DNA of 39,408 nt. Source: a virus. Positions 10,113-21,041 of this stretch are shown here, piece after piece. Position 1 is the first letter of the stretch. Every line of letters begins with the position of its first letter. Location of the stretch: the UHGV virus genome UHGV-0070365. One strand, written 5' to 3'. Below the pieces are notes generated by a model. It had not been told where the DNA came from and made no database searches. It saw only the letters and a list, made by a program, of their open reading frames with translations. The translations under genes and the position numbers were made by a program.

Positions 10113-11485
10113 GACAGGATATCGAAGCGAGCGTTATCGGTGGCCTGCTGATTGGTGGATTAACTCCAACCGCCAGTGACGTTCTGGCAACGCTGGAGCC
10201 GGAAGCGTTTTCAATTCCGCTCTACCGGAAAGCCTTCGAGGTTATCCGCAAGCAGGCGCGAAACAGAAATTTAATCGACGCGCTGATGGTTGCCGAGGCG
10301 TGCGGAGAGGAGCATTTCACGTCAATCCTGATGACCAGCAAAAACTGCCCGAGTGCCGCAAACCTGAAGGGATATGCCGGAATGGTCGCGGATAACTATC
10401 ACCGCCGTCTGGTGCTGGAAATCATGGATGAAATGCGTGAACCAATTCAGAGCGGAACCATCGACGCATCGAGTCAGGCGATGGATGAGCTTGTAAAGCG
10501 TCTTTCAGCCATCAGAAAGCCCCGTGACGAGGTTAAACCTGTACGGTTAGGGGAAATCATTACTGACTACACTGACACGCTTGACAGGCGTCTGAGGAAC
10601 GGAGAAGAGTCAGATACCCTGAAGACCGGAATCGAAGAACTTGATGCCATCACCGGAGGGATGAACGCGGAAGACCTGGTGATAATCGCTGCTCGTCCTG
10701 GTATGGGGAAAACCGAACTGGCGCTGAAGATTGCCGAAGGCGTTGCAAGCCGCGTTATTCCTGGTTCTGACGTCCGGCGCGGAGTGTTGATTTTCTCGAT
10801 GGAAATGAGCGCATTGCAGATTGCAGAGCGAAGCATTGCCAACGCCGGGAGGATGTCGGTTAGCGTACTGCGAAATCCTGCATCGATGGATGACGAAGGC
10901 TGGGCGCGTGTTGCTAACGGCATGAGTCAGCTTGCAGATTTGGATGTATGGGTAGTCGATGCCTCGCGGTTATCGGTCGAAGAAATTCGCTCAATCGCAG
11001 AGCGGCACAAACAGGAAAATCCAAACCTGTCACTCATCATGGCGGATTATCTTGGCCTGATTGAGAAGCCGAAAGCAGATCGCAACGACCTCGCAATTGC
11101 TCACATCTCCGGAAGCCTGAAGGCGATGGCGAAAGACCTGAAAACACCGGTTATCTCCCTGAGTCAGCTTTCGCGCGATGTTGAGAAGCGACCAAACAAA
11201 CGCCCGACAAACGCAGATTTGCGTGATTCAGGAAGCATTGAGCAGGACGCAGACTCAATCATCATGCTCTATCGGGAAGCGGTATATGACGAGAACAGTA
11301 GCGCCGCGCCATTTGCTGAAATCATTGTGACAAAAAACCGTTTTGGCTCACTTGGTACGGTTTACCAGCGGTTCTGCAACGGACACTTTGTTGCATGTGA
11401 CCAGGATGAAGCCAGACAGATTTGCACAACATCAAATGCACCTGCTGCGCGTGGCAGACGATATGCACAAGGGGCTGACGTATGA
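10109..11485 (+). CDS. Replicative DNA helicase, DnaB family (458 aa)
   Basis: Walker A GMGKT, RecA-like C-terminal domain; P22 gene 12-like arrangement after O. Confidence 0.88.
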   Translation: MRQDIEASVIGGLLIGGLTPTASDVLATLEPEAFSIPLYRKAFEVIRKQARNRNLIDALMVAEACGEEHFTSILMTSKNCPSAANLKGYAGMVADNYHRRLVLEIMDEMREPIQSGTIDASSQAMDELVKRLSAIRKPRDEVKPVRLGEIITDYTDTLDRRLRNGEESDTLKTGIEELDAITGGMNAEDLVIIAARPGMGKTELALKIAEGVASRVIPGSDVRRGVLIFSMEMSALQIAERSIANAGRMSVSVLRNPASMDDEGWARVANGMSQLADLDVWVVDASRLSVEEIRSIAERHKQENPNLSLIMADYLGLIEKPKADRNDLAIAHISGSLKAMAKDLKTPVISLSQLSRDVEKRPNKRPTNADLRDSGSIEQDADSIIMLYREAVYDENSSAAPFAEIIVTKNRFGSLGTVYQRFCNGHFVACDQDEARQICTTSNAPAARGRRYAQGADV

Positions 11486-11510
11486 CCATCTACATCACTG
11501 AGCTAATAAC

Positions 11511-11541
11511 AGGCCTGCTGGTAATCGCAGGCCTTTTTATT
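11511..11541 (+). terminator. Intrinsic terminator (AGGCCTGC-N8-GCAGGCCT then T-run), tR2-like
   Basis: 8-bp perfect stem followed by TTTTTATTT. Confidence 0.75.
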
Positions 11542-11557
11542 TGGTGGAGAGGGAAGT

Positions 11558-11884
11558 GTGGCTGACTGGCAAATTCCAATAATCATTCTTGCCGGAGCTT
11601 CGCTGGTTGCTGGCTTTATCCTGCTGAAGAAGCATAAAGACCGTGATCAAAAAGTCGAAGTTCTCTATGGGTGTCCAGCGAACTGCACAACATGGCTGAC
11701 CATTTACCACTACCGAAAATCAGGCCGCTGGGTATTCGAATGGGATGATCTGTTCGCTGAAAAGCGACCAAAGTCATGGGGAGACATCAGCGAATGCATG
11801 ATGTTTGAAGAAAGAAAATCCGGCGCAACCCGAGAAGAGTTTAACGAAGCGTGGGCGCGATTAAGTGAGAGAGGGTATTTGTGA
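11558..11884 (+). CDS. Hypothetical protein with N-terminal TM helix (108 aa, GTG start)
   Basis: ORF with hydrophobic N-terminus IPIIILAGASLVAGFILL. Confidence 0.45.
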   Translation: MADWQIPIIILAGASLVAGFILLKKHKDRDQKVEVLYGCPANCTTWLTIYHYRKSGRWVFEWDDLFAEKRPKSWGDISECMMFEERKSGATREEFNEAWARLSERGYL

Positions 11885-12081
11885 GCAAGTACGAAAAATT
11901 AGATCAAAACATTCTTTCAATGCTGAGTGAAAGACCAACACCTGTTTTTGATATCTGGCTTAAATGGCGGAGCAATGGAATGTATATCGAAACCATCGAT
12001 CGCCGTATGCAATACCTGAGAAAGAAAGGGCTTGTTGCAAATGTGCGTGGGAAGGGTTGGGTGAAAATTAACCTGTCATAA
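11881..12081 (+). CDS. Hypothetical protein (66 aa)
   Basis: ORF, start overlaps upstream stop. Confidence 0.45.
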   Translation: MSKYEKLDQNILSMLSERPTPVFDIWLKWRSNGMYIETIDRRMQYLRKKGLVANVRGKGWVKINLS

Positions 12082-12092
12082 CGGGGATTGAT

Positions 12093-12407
12093 ATGGACGA
12101 ATCAAGAAAGAAGTTTGAGGAATACGTTGCCAAAAAATTGAGATTACCATTCGAGATGATAACCGAGGCAAGAAATGGTGATAGGTACTTCGCATTTTCA
12201 AGCATGGATATTCGTCACTCCTTAAATGAGTGGTGGGCTTTATGGCAGGCATCGCGAGCAGCTATTGAAATAACCGCGCCAAAGTTTATCGACAGCAGAG
12301 AAGCATTAGCCAAAGGGTTTACTGTTGATTATTCCAATGGCTTCGGTGATGCAATGGATGCTTATGAGGAAAACATCCGCGCTGCCGGAGTCAAAGTGAA
12401 GGAGTGA
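12093..12407 (+). CDS. Hypothetical protein (104 aa)
   Basis: ORF in nin region. Confidence 0.45.
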   Translation: MDESRKKFEEYVAKKLRLPFEMITEARNGDRYFAFSSMDIRHSLNEWWALWQASRAAIEITAPKFIDSREALAKGFTVDYSNGFGDAMDAYEENIRAAGVKVKE

Positions 12408-12595
12408 GCATGAGTCGACGAAGTAGCTTTTTGGGGTTTGTAATATTCCTGTCCTGCACTGGTTACATCGTAATCTGGTCAATTTCGAACATTGACCGTG
12501 GCTGGGAATATCTCATTGTAATGTTCTTTCCTTTGTTTCTTGGGTGGTACGCCGCAAGGTTGCTGGAAGAATGGGGTTACAGGCATAAAAAATAA
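12404..12595 (+). CDS. Small membrane protein (63 aa)
   Basis: Two hydrophobic segments; start overlaps upstream stop. Confidence 0.4.
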   Translation: MSMSRRSSFLGFVIFLSCTGYIVIWSISNIDRGWEYLIVMFFPLFLGWYAARLLEEWGYRHKK

Positions 12596-12606
12596 AGGAG
12601 TGTTCA

Positions 12607-13017
12607 GTGAAGCAAACAATATTCCTCCGAACTAAGCAACAACAGCAAGCCGCAATCAACGCCATCCTCGCAACACCACTCGATAAAGACAAGCCAGTCA
12701 CCATCCGCATTACTGACTACAAGCGCAACCTTGACCAGAACGCAAAATTTCACGCGATGGTCGCAGATATCGCTAGGCAAGTTCAGTGGCGCGATAAATG
12801 GTTAAAACCAGAACAATGGAAGGTTTTGTTGATCAGCGGTCATGCAGTGGCAACAAAGCAGGAAGCTGATGTTTTACCCGGGCTTGAAGGCGAATACGTC
12901 AACATTCGCGAAAGCAGCGCGCAGATGAGTGTGAAGCGTATGGCAAGTCTGATTGAGTACACGACAGCATGGGCTATTGGTCAGGGTGTCAGATTTACCG
13001 ACAGGAGGTACGAATGA
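12607..13017 (+). CDS. ninB: NinB recombination protein (136 aa)
   Basis: …[13 protein letters not shown]… resembles lambda NinB (…RSLDQNRKLWACL…). Confidence 0.8.
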   Translation: MKQTIFLRTKQQQQAAINAILATPLDKDKPVTIRITDYKRNLDQNAKFHAMVADIARQVQWRDKWLKPEQWKVLLISGHAVATKQEADVLPGLEGEYVNIRESSAQMSVKRMASLIEYTTAWAIGQGVRFTDRRYE

Positions 13018-13190
13018 GACGACAGCGACGAAGTTTCACCGACATCATCTGCGAAAATTGCAAATACCTTCCAACGAAACGCTCCAGAAATAAACGCAAG
13101 CCAATCCCAAAAGAATCTGACGTAAAAACCTTCAATTACACGGCTCACCTGTGGGATATCCGGTGGCTAAGACATCGTGCGAGGAAATGA
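13014..13190 (+). CDS. NinD/NinE-like small protein (58 aa)
   Basis: [58 protein letters not shown]; ATGA overlap with ninB. Confidence 0.7.
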   Translation: MRRQRRSFTDIICENCKYLPTKRSRNKRKPIPKESDVKTFNYTAHLWDIRWLRHRARK

Positions 13191-13192
13191 CA

Positions 13193-13552
13193 ATGGATTA
13201 TTCACAGTTAAGTGATTTTGAAATTAACAAGCGAGTGGCAATTTGCTGTGGATTTGCTCCCGAAGATTGCGAAATCGCAAAGTTGGGAACATCAATCGTT
13301 GGTGTTGAGTGGGATGACGAAACTGGTTATGCAATAAAAACGGTTGATTACTGTAAAAGCCCGTCAGACGCAGAGCCGATTATCGTAGAGAACAGAATTG
13401 GCATTATTCCAGCGCCAGAAAATGGATTATGGAAGGCAGCGCATAGAAAAGTTGGCAGTGATAGTACCCCATATCATATGACTCAAGATGAAAACCCACT
13501 CCGCGCTGCCATGATTGTCTTTCTCATGATGCAGGACGCCAATAATGCTTAG
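13193..13552 (+). CDS. Hypothetical nin-region protein (119 aa)
   Basis: ORF MDYSQLSDFEINKRVAICCGF... Confidence 0.5.
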   Translation: MDYSQLSDFEINKRVAICCGFAPEDCEIAKLGTSIVGVEWDDETGYAIKTVDYCKSPSDAEPIIVENRIGIIPAPENGLWKAAHRKVGSDSTPYHMTQDENPLRAAMIVFLMMQDANNA

Positions 13553-13721
13553 CCCATCCCAATCCCTTCAATACCAGAAAGAAAGCGTCGAGCGGGCTTT
13601 AACGTGCGCTAACTGCGGTCAGAAGCTGCATGTGCTGGAAGTTCACGTGTGCTCCGATTGCTGCGCAGAACTGATGAGCGATCCGAATAGCTCAATGTAC
13701 GAGGAAGAAGACGATGGCTAA
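13546..13721 (+). CDS. ninF: NinF-like Cys-rich small protein (58 aa)
   Basis: [58 protein letters not shown]. Confidence 0.7.
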
Positions 13722-14325
13722 ACCAGCGCGAAGACGATGTAAAAACGATGAATGTCGGGAATGGTTTCACCCTGCATTCGCTAATCAGTGGTGGTGCTCT
13801 CCAGAGTGTGGAACCAAGATAGCACTCGAACGACGAAGCAAAGAACGCGAAAAAGCGGAAAAGGCAGCAGAGAAGAAACGACGACGAGAGGAGCAGAAAC
13901 AGAAAGATAAACTTAAGATTCGAAAACTCGCCTTAAAGCCCCGCAGTTACTGGATTAAACAAGCCCAACAAGCCGTAAACGCCTTCATCAGAGAAAGAGA
14001 CCGCGACTTACCATGTATCTCGTGCGGAACGCTCACGTCTGCTCAGTGGGATGCCGGGCATTACCGGACAACTGCTGCGGCACCTCAACTCCGATTTGAT
14101 GAACGCAATATTCACAAGCAATGCGTGGTGTGCAACCAGCACAAAAGCGGAAATCTCGTTCCGTATCGCGTCGAACTGATTAATCGCATCGGGCAGGAAG
14201 CAGTAGACGAAATCGAATCAAACCATAACCGCCATCGCTGGGCTATCGAAGAGTGCAAGGCGATCAAGGCAGAGTACCAACAGAAACTCAAAGACCTGCG
14301 AAATAGCAGAAGTGAGGCCGCATGA
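13714..14325 (+). CDS. ninG: NinG (Rap-like recombination-associated protein, 203 aa)
   Basis: [41 protein letters not shown]...; lambda NinG-like. Confidence 0.88.
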   Translation: MAKPARRRCKNDECREWFHPAFANQWWCSPECGTKIALERRSKEREKAEKAAEKKRRREEQKQKDKLKIRKLALKPRSYWIKQAQQAVNAFIRERDRDLPCISCGTLTSAQWDAGHYRTTAAAPQLRFDERNIHKQCVVCNQHKSGNLVPYRVELINRIGQEAVDEIESNHNRHRWAIEECKAIKAEYQQKLKDLRNSRSEAA

Positions 14326-14528
14326 CGTTCTCAGTAAAAACCATTCCAGACATGCTCGTTGAAGCATACGGAAACCAGACAGAAGTAGCACGCAGACTGA
14401 AATGTAGTCGCGGTACGGTCAGAAAATACGTTGATGATAAAGACGGGAAAATGCACGCCATCGTCAACGACGTTCTTATGGTTCATCGCGGATGGAGTGA
14501 AAGAGATGCGCTATTACGAAAGAATTGA
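14322..14528 (+). CDS. ninH: NinH (68 aa)
   Basis: [42 protein letters not shown]... Confidence 0.82.
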   Translation: MTFSVKTIPDMLVEAYGNQTEVARRLKCSRGTVRKYVDDKDGKMHAIVNDVLMVHRGWSERDALLRKN

Positions 14529-15177
14529 TGGCAGCAAATACCGAAATATTTGGGTAGTTGGCGATCTGCACGGATGCTACACGAACCTGATGAAAAAACT
14601 GGAGACGATAGGATTCGACACCAAAAAAGACCTGCTTATCTCGGTTGGCGATTTGGTCGATCGCGGTACAGAGAACGTCGAATGTCTGGAATTAATCACA
14701 TTCCCCTGGTTCCGAGCTGTACGTGGAAACCATGAGCAAATGATGATTGATGGCTTATCAGAGCGTGGAAACGTCAATCACTGGCTGTTTAATGGCGGTG
14801 GCTGGTTCTTTAATCTCGATTACGACAAAGAAATTCTGGCTAAAGCTCTTGCCCATAAAGCAGATGAACTTCCGTTAATCATCGAGCTGGTGAGCAAAGA
14901 TAAAAAATATGTCATTTGCCACGCCGATTATCCTTGTAACGAATACGAGTTTGGAAAGTCAGTTGATCATCAGCAGGTAATCTGGAACCGCGAACGAATC
15001 AGCAACTCACAAGACGGGATCGTGAAAGAAATCAAAGGAGCGGACACGTTCATCTTTGGTCATACGCCAGCAGTGAAACCACTCAAGTTTGCCAACCAGA
15101 TGTATATCGATACCGGCGCAGTGTTCTGCGGAAACCTCACATTGATTCAGGTACAGGGAGAAGGCGCATGGGCATAA
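14506..15177 (+). CDS. ninI: Ser/Thr protein phosphatase (lambda PPase/NinI-like, 223 aa)
   Basis: GDLHG, GDLVDRG, GNHE metallophosphatase motifs. Confidence 0.9.
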   Translation: MRYYERIDGSKYRNIWVVGDLHGCYTNLMKKLETIGFDTKKDLLISVGDLVDRGTENVECLELITFPWFRAVRGNHEQMMIDGLSERGNVNHWLFNGGGWFFNLDYDKEILAKALAHKADELPLIIELVSKDKKYVICHADYPCNEYEFGKSVDHQQVIWNRERISNSQDGIVKEIKGADTFIFGHTPAVKPLKFANQMYIDTGAVFCGNLTLIQVQGEGAWA

Positions 15178-15656
15178 GAGAACTAAACCTCACCAAAGAA
15201 CAGCACGAGTGGCTGAATGGCTGGCTTGAACTGTGGGGCGCATGGGTTTATTCAGGTCGTCTGGAAAAGCGTATGAGCAGCGTAATAGCGAAGTTCATGG
15301 AGAGCGTAGAGCCGGGAAGAGTTATGACAAGGCCAATGTGTAATGATGATGATGGAATGTTGATTTCTCAGGTCGTCGATTCCGTCATGTACATTGACAA
15401 GAAAGCCTTTGGCATCCTCCTCAGCTACTACGCCCACGGTTCTTCCAAGCACGCCATTGCATCTTACTATCATCGCGTCGCAAGACCTCGCAAGATGTTA
15501 TGCCGGGGCGGCGGGCGCATTCAAAAACCATCGCTCGCAACCTGTCGCCGGGAAGTTGACGAAATCCTCAATGCCTCGTTGTTTATGATTTATCCGGTTC
15601 TGGATAGTGCGTTTAAAAACCGGAAACGTGTAGAGAAAATTAAACATGTAGCATAG
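15168..15656 (+). CDS. Q: Late antiterminator Q, P22 gp23-like family (162 aa)
   Basis: …LELWGAWV… and …[20 protein letters not shown]… resemble P22 gp23 motifs; position upstream of lysis genes. Confidence 0.75.
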   Translation: MGIRELNLTKEQHEWLNGWLELWGAWVYSGRLEKRMSSVIAKFMESVEPGRVMTRPMCNDDDGMLISQVVDSVMYIDKKAFGILLSYYAHGSSKHAIASYYHRVARPRKMLCRGGGRIQKPSLATCRREVDEILNASLFMIYPVLDSAFKNRKRVEKIKHVA

Positions 15657-15659
15657 AAC

Positions 15660-15745
15660 GTGTTGACATCATTGAGCAAATGAGCAACACTATTCACATA
15701 AGCTGCCGTTAGTGACTCTTAAGTTGCAACGGTGGCTTTTTTTGT
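15660..15745 (+). promoter_or_regulatory. Candidate late promoter pR'/qut with short-transcript terminator (TTGACA at 15666-15671; ...GCAACGGTGGCTTTTTTT)
   Basis: -35-like hexamer immediately after Q and T-run about 60 nt downstream. Confidence 0.4.
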
Positions 15746-16574
15746 TTGCACAACAGGTAAGAGCATTCTCCTTTATGGGGCTTGGCTTAAATGCACCGAG
15801 TGCTCTTATCGTTGTGGCAGCACAACGATAGTTTTCGTCAGAGTTGGCGACTTTGCGGGTTTTTAGAAACTGACCACAAAGATAAATGCAAACGATGATT
15901 TGATGTTGATGGCGGCCTAAGAAACCAAAATCACGGGGTCTTCCGACTCCCCGCTACCAAATTCGGCGCACTGGCCCGGTGTGATTAATAATGGGCACCC
16001 ATTCAAATGTACCCTCGGCAGGTTCGATTCCTGACTAGACCCAGATGGCGACGGGGAGGGTCCAATTGAGTGGGTAACAACGGGCATGTCGCCTTAGTAA
16101 ATCCCTCAAGGGTGCGACGCATAGACCGGTACTAGCGTCGCCGTTAGCTCCACGAAACGGAGCGCACAACAGGTAAGAGTATTTGTAGAGTTCGACTCTC
16201 TACCGTGGGCTTTTTCCCGCGATGCGAGCCATAAATGCTCTTTCCGTTGTGCTGAATTAAGCGAATGCCGGAAGCAGAACCGGATCACCAAATGCGTACA
16301 GGCGTCATCGCCGCCCAGCAACAGCACAACCCAAACTGAGCCGTAGCCACTGGCTATCCTGAATTCATCAGTGATAGTTACGCTGCGGCCTTCTACACAT
16401 GATCTTCGTGAAAGCGGGTGGCAAGAGGCTGCGCTAACAACCCCCTGCCGTTTTGCCCGTGCATATCGGTCACGAACAAATCTGATTACTAAACACAGTA
16501 GCCTGGATTTGTTCTATCAGTAATCGACCTTATTCCTAATTAAATAGAGCAAATCCCCTTATTGGGGGTAAGAC

Positions 16575-16898
16575 ATGAAGATGCCAGAAAAACATGACCT
16601 GTTAGCCGCCATTCTCGCGGCAAAGGAACAAGGCATCGGGGCAATCCTTGCGTTTGCAATGGCGTACCTTCGCGGCAGATATAATGGCGGTGCGTTTACA
16701 AAAACAGTAATCGACGCAACGATGTGCGCCATTATCGCCTGGTTCATTCGTGACCTTCTCGACTTCGCCGGACTAAGTAGCAATCTCGCTTATATAACGA
16801 GCGTGTTCATCGGCTACATAGGTACTGACTCGATTGGTTCGCTTATCAAACGCTTCGCTGCTAAAAAAGCCGGAGTAGAAGATGGTGGAAATCAATAA
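16575..16898 (+). CDS. S: Holin S (class I, dual start MKM; 107 aa)
   Basis: [67 protein letters not shown]...; lambda S-like. Confidence 0.95.
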   Translation: MKMPEKHDLLAAILAAKEQGIGAILAFAMAYLRGRYNGGAFTKTVIDATMCAIIAWFIRDLLDFAGLSSNLAYITSVFIGYIGTDSIGSLIKRFAAKKAGVEDGGNQ

Positions 16899-17358
16899 TC
16901 AACGTAAGGCGTTCCTCGATATGCTGGCGTGGTCAGAGGGAACTGATAACGGACGACAGAAAACCAGAAATCATGGTTATGACGTCATTGTTGGCGGAGA
17001 GCTATTCACTGATTACTCAGATCACCCTCGCAAACTTGTCACGCTAAACCCCAAACTCAAATCAACAGCCGCCGGACGTTACCAGCTTCTTTCCCGTTGG
17101 TGGGATGCCTATCGTAAGCAGCTTGGCCTGAAAGACTTCTCTCCGAAAAGCCAGGACGCTGTGGCATTGCAGCAGATTAAGGAACGTGGCGCTTTACCGA
17201 TGATTGATCGCGGTGATATCCGTCAGGCTATCGATCGTTGCAGCAATATCTGGGCTTCACTTCCGGGCGCTGGTTATGGTCAGTTCGAGCATAAGGCTGA
17301 CAGCCTGATTGCAAAATTCAAAGAAGCAGGCGGAACGGTAAGAGAGATTGAGGTATGA
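16882..17358 (+). CDS. R: Endolysin R (lytic transglycosylase, 158 aa)
   Basis: [42 protein letters not shown]...; lambda R-like. Confidence 0.95.
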   Translation: MVEINNQRKAFLDMLAWSEGTDNGRQKTRNHGYDVIVGGELFTDYSDHPRKLVTLNPKLKSTAAGRYQLLSRWWDAYRKQLGLKDFSPKSQDAVALQQIKERGALPMIDRGDIRQAIDRCSNIWASLPGAGYGQFEHKADSLIAKFKEAGGTVREIEV

Positions 17359-17792
17359 GCAGAGTAACCGCGATTATCTCCGCTCTGGTTATCTGCATCA
17401 TCGTCTGCCTGTCATGGGCTGTTAATCATTACCGTGATAATGCAATCGCCTATAAAGAACAGCGCGATAAAGCCACGTCCATCATCGCTGATATGCAGAA
17501 GCGTCAACGTGATGTAGCAGAACTTGACGCCAGATACACAAAGGAGCTTGCTGATGCTAATGCGACTATCGAAAGTCTCCGTGATGATGTTTCTGCTGGG
17601 CGTAAGCGCCTGCAAGTCGCCGCCACCTGTGCAAAGTCAACGACCGGAGCCAGCGGCATGGGCGATGGAGAAAGCCCAGGACTTACAGCAGATGCTGAAC
17701 TCAATTATTACCGTCTCCGAAGTGGAATCGACAAGATAACCGCGCAGGTTAACTACCTGCAGGAATACATCAGGACGCAATGCCTGAAATAA
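17355..17792 (+). CDS. Rz: i-spanin Rz (145 aa)
   Basis: N-terminal TM helix, lambda Rz-like N-terminal half, divergent C-terminus. Confidence 0.88.
   Translation: MSRVTAIISALVICIIVCLSWAVNHYRDNAIAYKEQRDKATSIIADMQKRQRDVAELDARYTKELADANATIESLRDDVSAGRKRLQVAATCAKSTTGASGMGDGESPGLTADAELNYYRLRSGIDKITAQVNYLQEYIRTQCLK
17554..17739 (+). CDS. Rz1: o-spanin Rz1 lipoprotein embedded in +1 frame of Rz
   Basis: Signal peptide with lipobox LLGVSAC followed by Pro-rich segment ([13 protein letters not shown]). Confidence 0.7.
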   Translation: MLMRLSKVSVMMFLLGVSACKSPPPVQSQRPEPAAWAMEKAQDLQQMLNSIITVSEVESTR

Positions 17793-17824
17793 TTTTTTTG
17801 CAAATCACAAAGTCCATTTAATGA

Positions 17825-17848
17825 GCCTCGCGATGCGGGGCTTTTTTA
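17825..17848 (+). terminator. Intrinsic terminator after lysis cassette (GCCTCGC-GAT-GCGGGGC then T6)
   Basis: Hairpin plus TTTTTTAT. Confidence 0.65.
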
Positions 17849-17990
17849 TGTCCGCAGTAAACGCGCATCTCACGCGCATATTAACGAGAGCCTTTCAGTA
17901 AGCGAGCCTGAGAAATGCCGTTATAGGTGGCGACCTCTCTCGGGCGGCTTTTCTGTGAGACAGGCTCACTTTCTAAAAGGTAAAGACGCA

Positions 17991-18533
17991 ATGAACTACC
18001 CAACCGTTGTTAACGATATAGATTTCAGAGACCTAATTTTTGTAGCAAACAACGATCCGGTTACAGATTCTTTTATGGTGGCAAAAGCATTTGGAAAGCT
18101 GCCGAAGAACGTAGTTCGTGACATTGAGCGAACCATAGAAGCTTGCCCTCCTGAGTTTGATACAAAGCTCAACTTTGAGCTTTGCTATAAAAACAATGAG
18201 TTACAGAATGGTAAGCCGCAAAAATTCTACCGTCTCCGCAAGGATGGGTTGATGCTTTTGGTTATGTCCTACACCAAAAAAGAAGCAATGCGTGTCAAAA
18301 TTGCTTACATCAACGCATTCAACTGGATGTACGCCATGCTTCAGGTTGGTCATCGTCAATTTGAAGAAGAGAGAAATGCCGTAATGCTGGAGTACATGAA
18401 AGAGAAGGATGTTGCCAGCATGTCAGGTCGCCTGCTTAATCGCTGGGGAAAAATTAAGAAGCCACAGCTGCTGGCCAGAATTGAACGCCTTGAACAGCAC
18501 GGGCAAACCGTAATCCCCGGACTCACCAATTAA
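17991..18533 (+). CDS. Rha-family phage regulatory protein (about 180 aa)
   Basis: N-terminal …LIFVANNDPVTDSFMVAKAFGKLPKNVVRDIER… typical of Phage_pRha domain. Confidence 0.55.
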   Translation: MNYPTVVNDIDFRDLIFVANNDPVTDSFMVAKAFGKLPKNVVRDIERTIEACPPEFDTKLNFELCYKNNELQNGKPQKFYRLRKDGLMLLVMSYTKKEAMRVKIAYINAFNWMYAMLQVGHRQFEEERNAVMLEYMKEKDVASMSGRLLNRWGKIKKPQLLARIERLEQHGQTVIPGLTN

Positions 18534-18760
18534 CGGCAGTACAGCGAAACAACCCAAGCCAGTAAGTGGGGAAATAACACTGGCAGCCACTGAAAGATGA
18601 ACCTCCTGCCTTATGGCAAAAAAGATTCTTTGTGGTGGCGGACTGATGGAAAGACATCGGTTATTGCAGAGGCCATTCAATGAGTGGTCTCGACAATGGC
18701 TTATACCCTACACGGGATAACTTAACTGATATCCCTTTTAACGGATAAACGGAGCCAACA

Positions 18761-19003
18761 ATGGCAGAGATTATTCCCATGACTGAAGAGCAGAAATTCC
18801 AGTTAGAGATTTACAAACTGGTCATGAACCAGAACGCAGCCGCAGAAGAAGCATTTCAATTCATTGGCACTGACGAGCTGAAGCTTGAGTTATTCAAAAT
18901 TCACTTCCAGTCAGGTGGCGCTAATTCAGATATCACGACCCGAACCATCGAAGCGGTGCGTAAATCGAAGGAAGCGTTAGACCTGTTCACTACCGGAGCA
19001 TGA
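18761..19003 (+). CDS. Hypothetical protein (80 aa)
   Basis: ORF upstream of terminase. Confidence 0.45.
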   Translation: MAEIIPMTEEQKFQLEIYKLVMNQNAAAEEAFQFIGTDELKLELFKIHFQSGGANSDITTRTIEAVRKSKEALDLFTTGA

Positions 19004-19207
19004 TGTGAGCCGCGTAATCAATTTGGGTAAGGAGAAGAAATTCCCAATTACTCAAGAGCTATACGAGCGACTGGAAAGCGTCATCCATGATTACGATGGT
19101 GAAATCAGTTTATGCGAGGCGATTGGCACACTCGAATTGCTGAAGCAGTCACTGATTGAAGGCGCGAAAGAGTCCTCAACCTGAAATGACAATTAAGTGA
19201 GATAAAT

Positions 19208-19630
19208 ATGGCGACTGAACCAAAAGCTGGTCGCCCCTCTGATTATATGCCGGAGGTGGCTGACGATATCTGCTCGTTGCTTTCTTCTGGCGAAAGTTTG
19301 CTGAAAGTATGTAAGCGTCCTGGTATGCCGGATAAGTCCACTGTTTTCCGCTGGTTGGCAAAGCATGAGGATTTTCGCGACAAGTACGCGAAGGCAACTG
19401 AGGCACGAGCTGATTCTATTTTCGAAGAGATATTCGAAATTGCTGACACTGCGATTCCAGATGCTGCTGAGGTGGCAAAGGCAAGACTTCGCGTTGATAC
19501 CCGCAAATGGGCGCTGGCCCGAATGAATCCACGTAAGTATGGCGACAAGGTAACTAACGAGCTTGTCGGCAAAGACGGCGGCGCAATCCAGATTGAAACA
19601 TCACCGATGAGCACTCTATTTGGAAAATGA
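19208..19630 (+). CDS. Terminase small subunit, Sf6 gp1-like (140 aa)
   Basis: MATEPKAGRPSDYMPEVADDICSLLSSGESLLKVCKRPGMPDKSTVFRWL... HTH-containing TerS. Confidence 0.9.
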   Translation: MATEPKAGRPSDYMPEVADDICSLLSSGESLLKVCKRPGMPDKSTVFRWLAKHEDFRDKYAKATEARADSIFEEIFEIADTAIPDAAEVAKARLRVDTRKWALARMNPRKYGDKVTNELVGKDGGAIQIETSPMSTLFGK

Positions 19631-21039
19631 CCTCGATTAATCCTATCTTTGAACCGTTCATTGAGGCGCATCGCTACAAAGTCGCCAAAGGCGGTCGAGG
19701 TAGCGGTAAATCATGGGCAATTGCGAGGCTGCTTGTTGAAGCGGCGCGCCGGCAGCCTGTGCGTATTCTCTGCGCTCGTGAACTGCAAAACAGTATCAGC
19801 GATTCGGTAATCCGGTTGCTTGAAGACACCATAGAGCGGGAAGGGTATTCGGCTGAGTTTGAAATTCAGCGTTCCATGATTCGTCATCTCGGAACGAATG
19901 CTGAATTCATGTTCTACGGCATAAAAAACAACCCGACGAAGATTAAATCGCTCGAAGGCATTGATATCTGCTGGGTTGAAGAAGCGGAAGCGGTAACGAA
20001 GGAATCGTGGGATATCCTGATTCCAACCATCCGTAAGCCGTTCTCTGAAATATGGGTAAGTTTCAACCCGAAAAACATCCTCGACGATACCTATCAGCGA
20101 TTCGTCGTAAATCCTCCTGATGATATTTGCCTGCTGACAGTGAACTACACCGACAACCCGCACTTTCCTGAAGTTCTCCGTCTGGAGATGGAAGAGTGCA
20201 AACGCAGAAATCCGACACTATATCGTCACATCTGGCTTGGTGAGCCAGTAAGCGCAAGTGATATGGCAATCATCAAACGTGAATGGCTTGAAGCTGCTAC
20301 CGATGCGCACAAGAAACTCGGATGGAAAGCGAAAGGCGCTGTTGTCTCTGCGCATGACCCGTCAGATACAGGGCCAGATGCTAAAGGTTATGCATCGCGT
20401 CACGGTTCGGTGGTTAAGCGCATTGCCGAAGGTCTGCTGATGGACATCAACGAGGGTGCTGACTGGGCTACTTCGCTGGCGATTGAAGACGGCGCTGACC
20501 ATTACCTGTGGGATGGTGATGGTGTTGGTGCCGGGCTACGCAGACAGACAACGGAAGCGTTCTCCGGCAAGAAAATCACCGCTACGATGTTCAAGGGCAG
20601 CGAATCGCCATTTGATGAAGATGCACCATATCAGGCCGGAGCATGGGCTGATGAAGTCGTGCAGGGCGACAACGTTCGCACTATTGGCGATGTATTCCGC
20701 AATAAGCGAGCGCAATTCTATTACGCGCTAGCTGACAGGCTGTATCTGACATATCGGGCGGTTGTCCACGGTGAGTATGCAGACCCCGACGACATGCTGA
20801 GTTTCGACAAAGAAGCGATAGGCGAGAAGATGCTGGAGAAGCTGTTTGCAGAACTGACGCAGATTCAGCGCAAATTCAATAATAACGGGAAGCTGGAGCT
20901 TATGACTAAGGTCGAAATGAAGCAGAAGCTCGGTATTCCATCTCCTAACCTGGCTGATGCGCTGATGATGTGTATGCATTGCCCGGCATTGGTCCGCGAA
21001 GAAACAGAAATATACGTTCCCTCATCCTCCGGTTGGTAA
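19627..21039 (+). CDS. Terminase large subunit (470 aa)
   Basis: Walker A GGRGSGKS, nuclease domain; Sf6 gp2-like. Confidence 0.95.
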   Translation: MTSINPIFEPFIEAHRYKVAKGGRGSGKSWAIARLLVEAARRQPVRILCARELQNSISDSVIRLLEDTIEREGYSAEFEIQRSMIRHLGTNAEFMFYGIKNNPTKIKSLEGIDICWVEEAEAVTKESWDILIPTIRKPFSEIWVSFNPKNILDDTYQRFVVNPPDDICLLTVNYTDNPHFPEVLRLEMEECKRRNPTLYRHIWLGEPVSASDMAIIKREWLEAATDAHKKLGWKAKGAVVSAHDPSDTGPDAKGYASRHGSVVKRIAEGLLMDINEGADWATSLAIEDGADHYLWDGDGVGAGLRRQTTEAFSGKKITATMFKGSESPFDEDAPYQAGAWADEVVQGDNVRTIGDVFRNKRAQFYYALADRLYLTYRAVVHGEYADPDDMLSFDKEAIGEKMLEKLFAELTQIQRKFNNNGKLELMTKVEMKQKLGIPSPNLADALMMCMHCPALVREETEIYVPSSSGW

Positions 21040-21041
21040 AC

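Noticed and set aside
15930-16215. Possible tRNA genes in the Q-S spacer (GGTTCGATTCC T-loop motif at 16021-16031; GTAGAG-TTCGACT-CTCTAC hairpin at 16185-16203)
   Set aside because: No 7-bp acceptor stem complementary to the 3' side could be found at the expected distance, and no anticodon arm with U33 was evident; likely degenerate remnants or unrelated hairpins
16106-16327. 73-aa minus-strand ORF inside the Q-S spacer
   Set aside because: Opposite to late transcription, no RBS, Cys/His/Arg-rich translation typical of a non-coding frame
19243-20163. Minus-strand ORFs of 142 and 150 aa inside terminase genes
   Set aside because: Fully embedded antisense to well-supported terminase subunit genes
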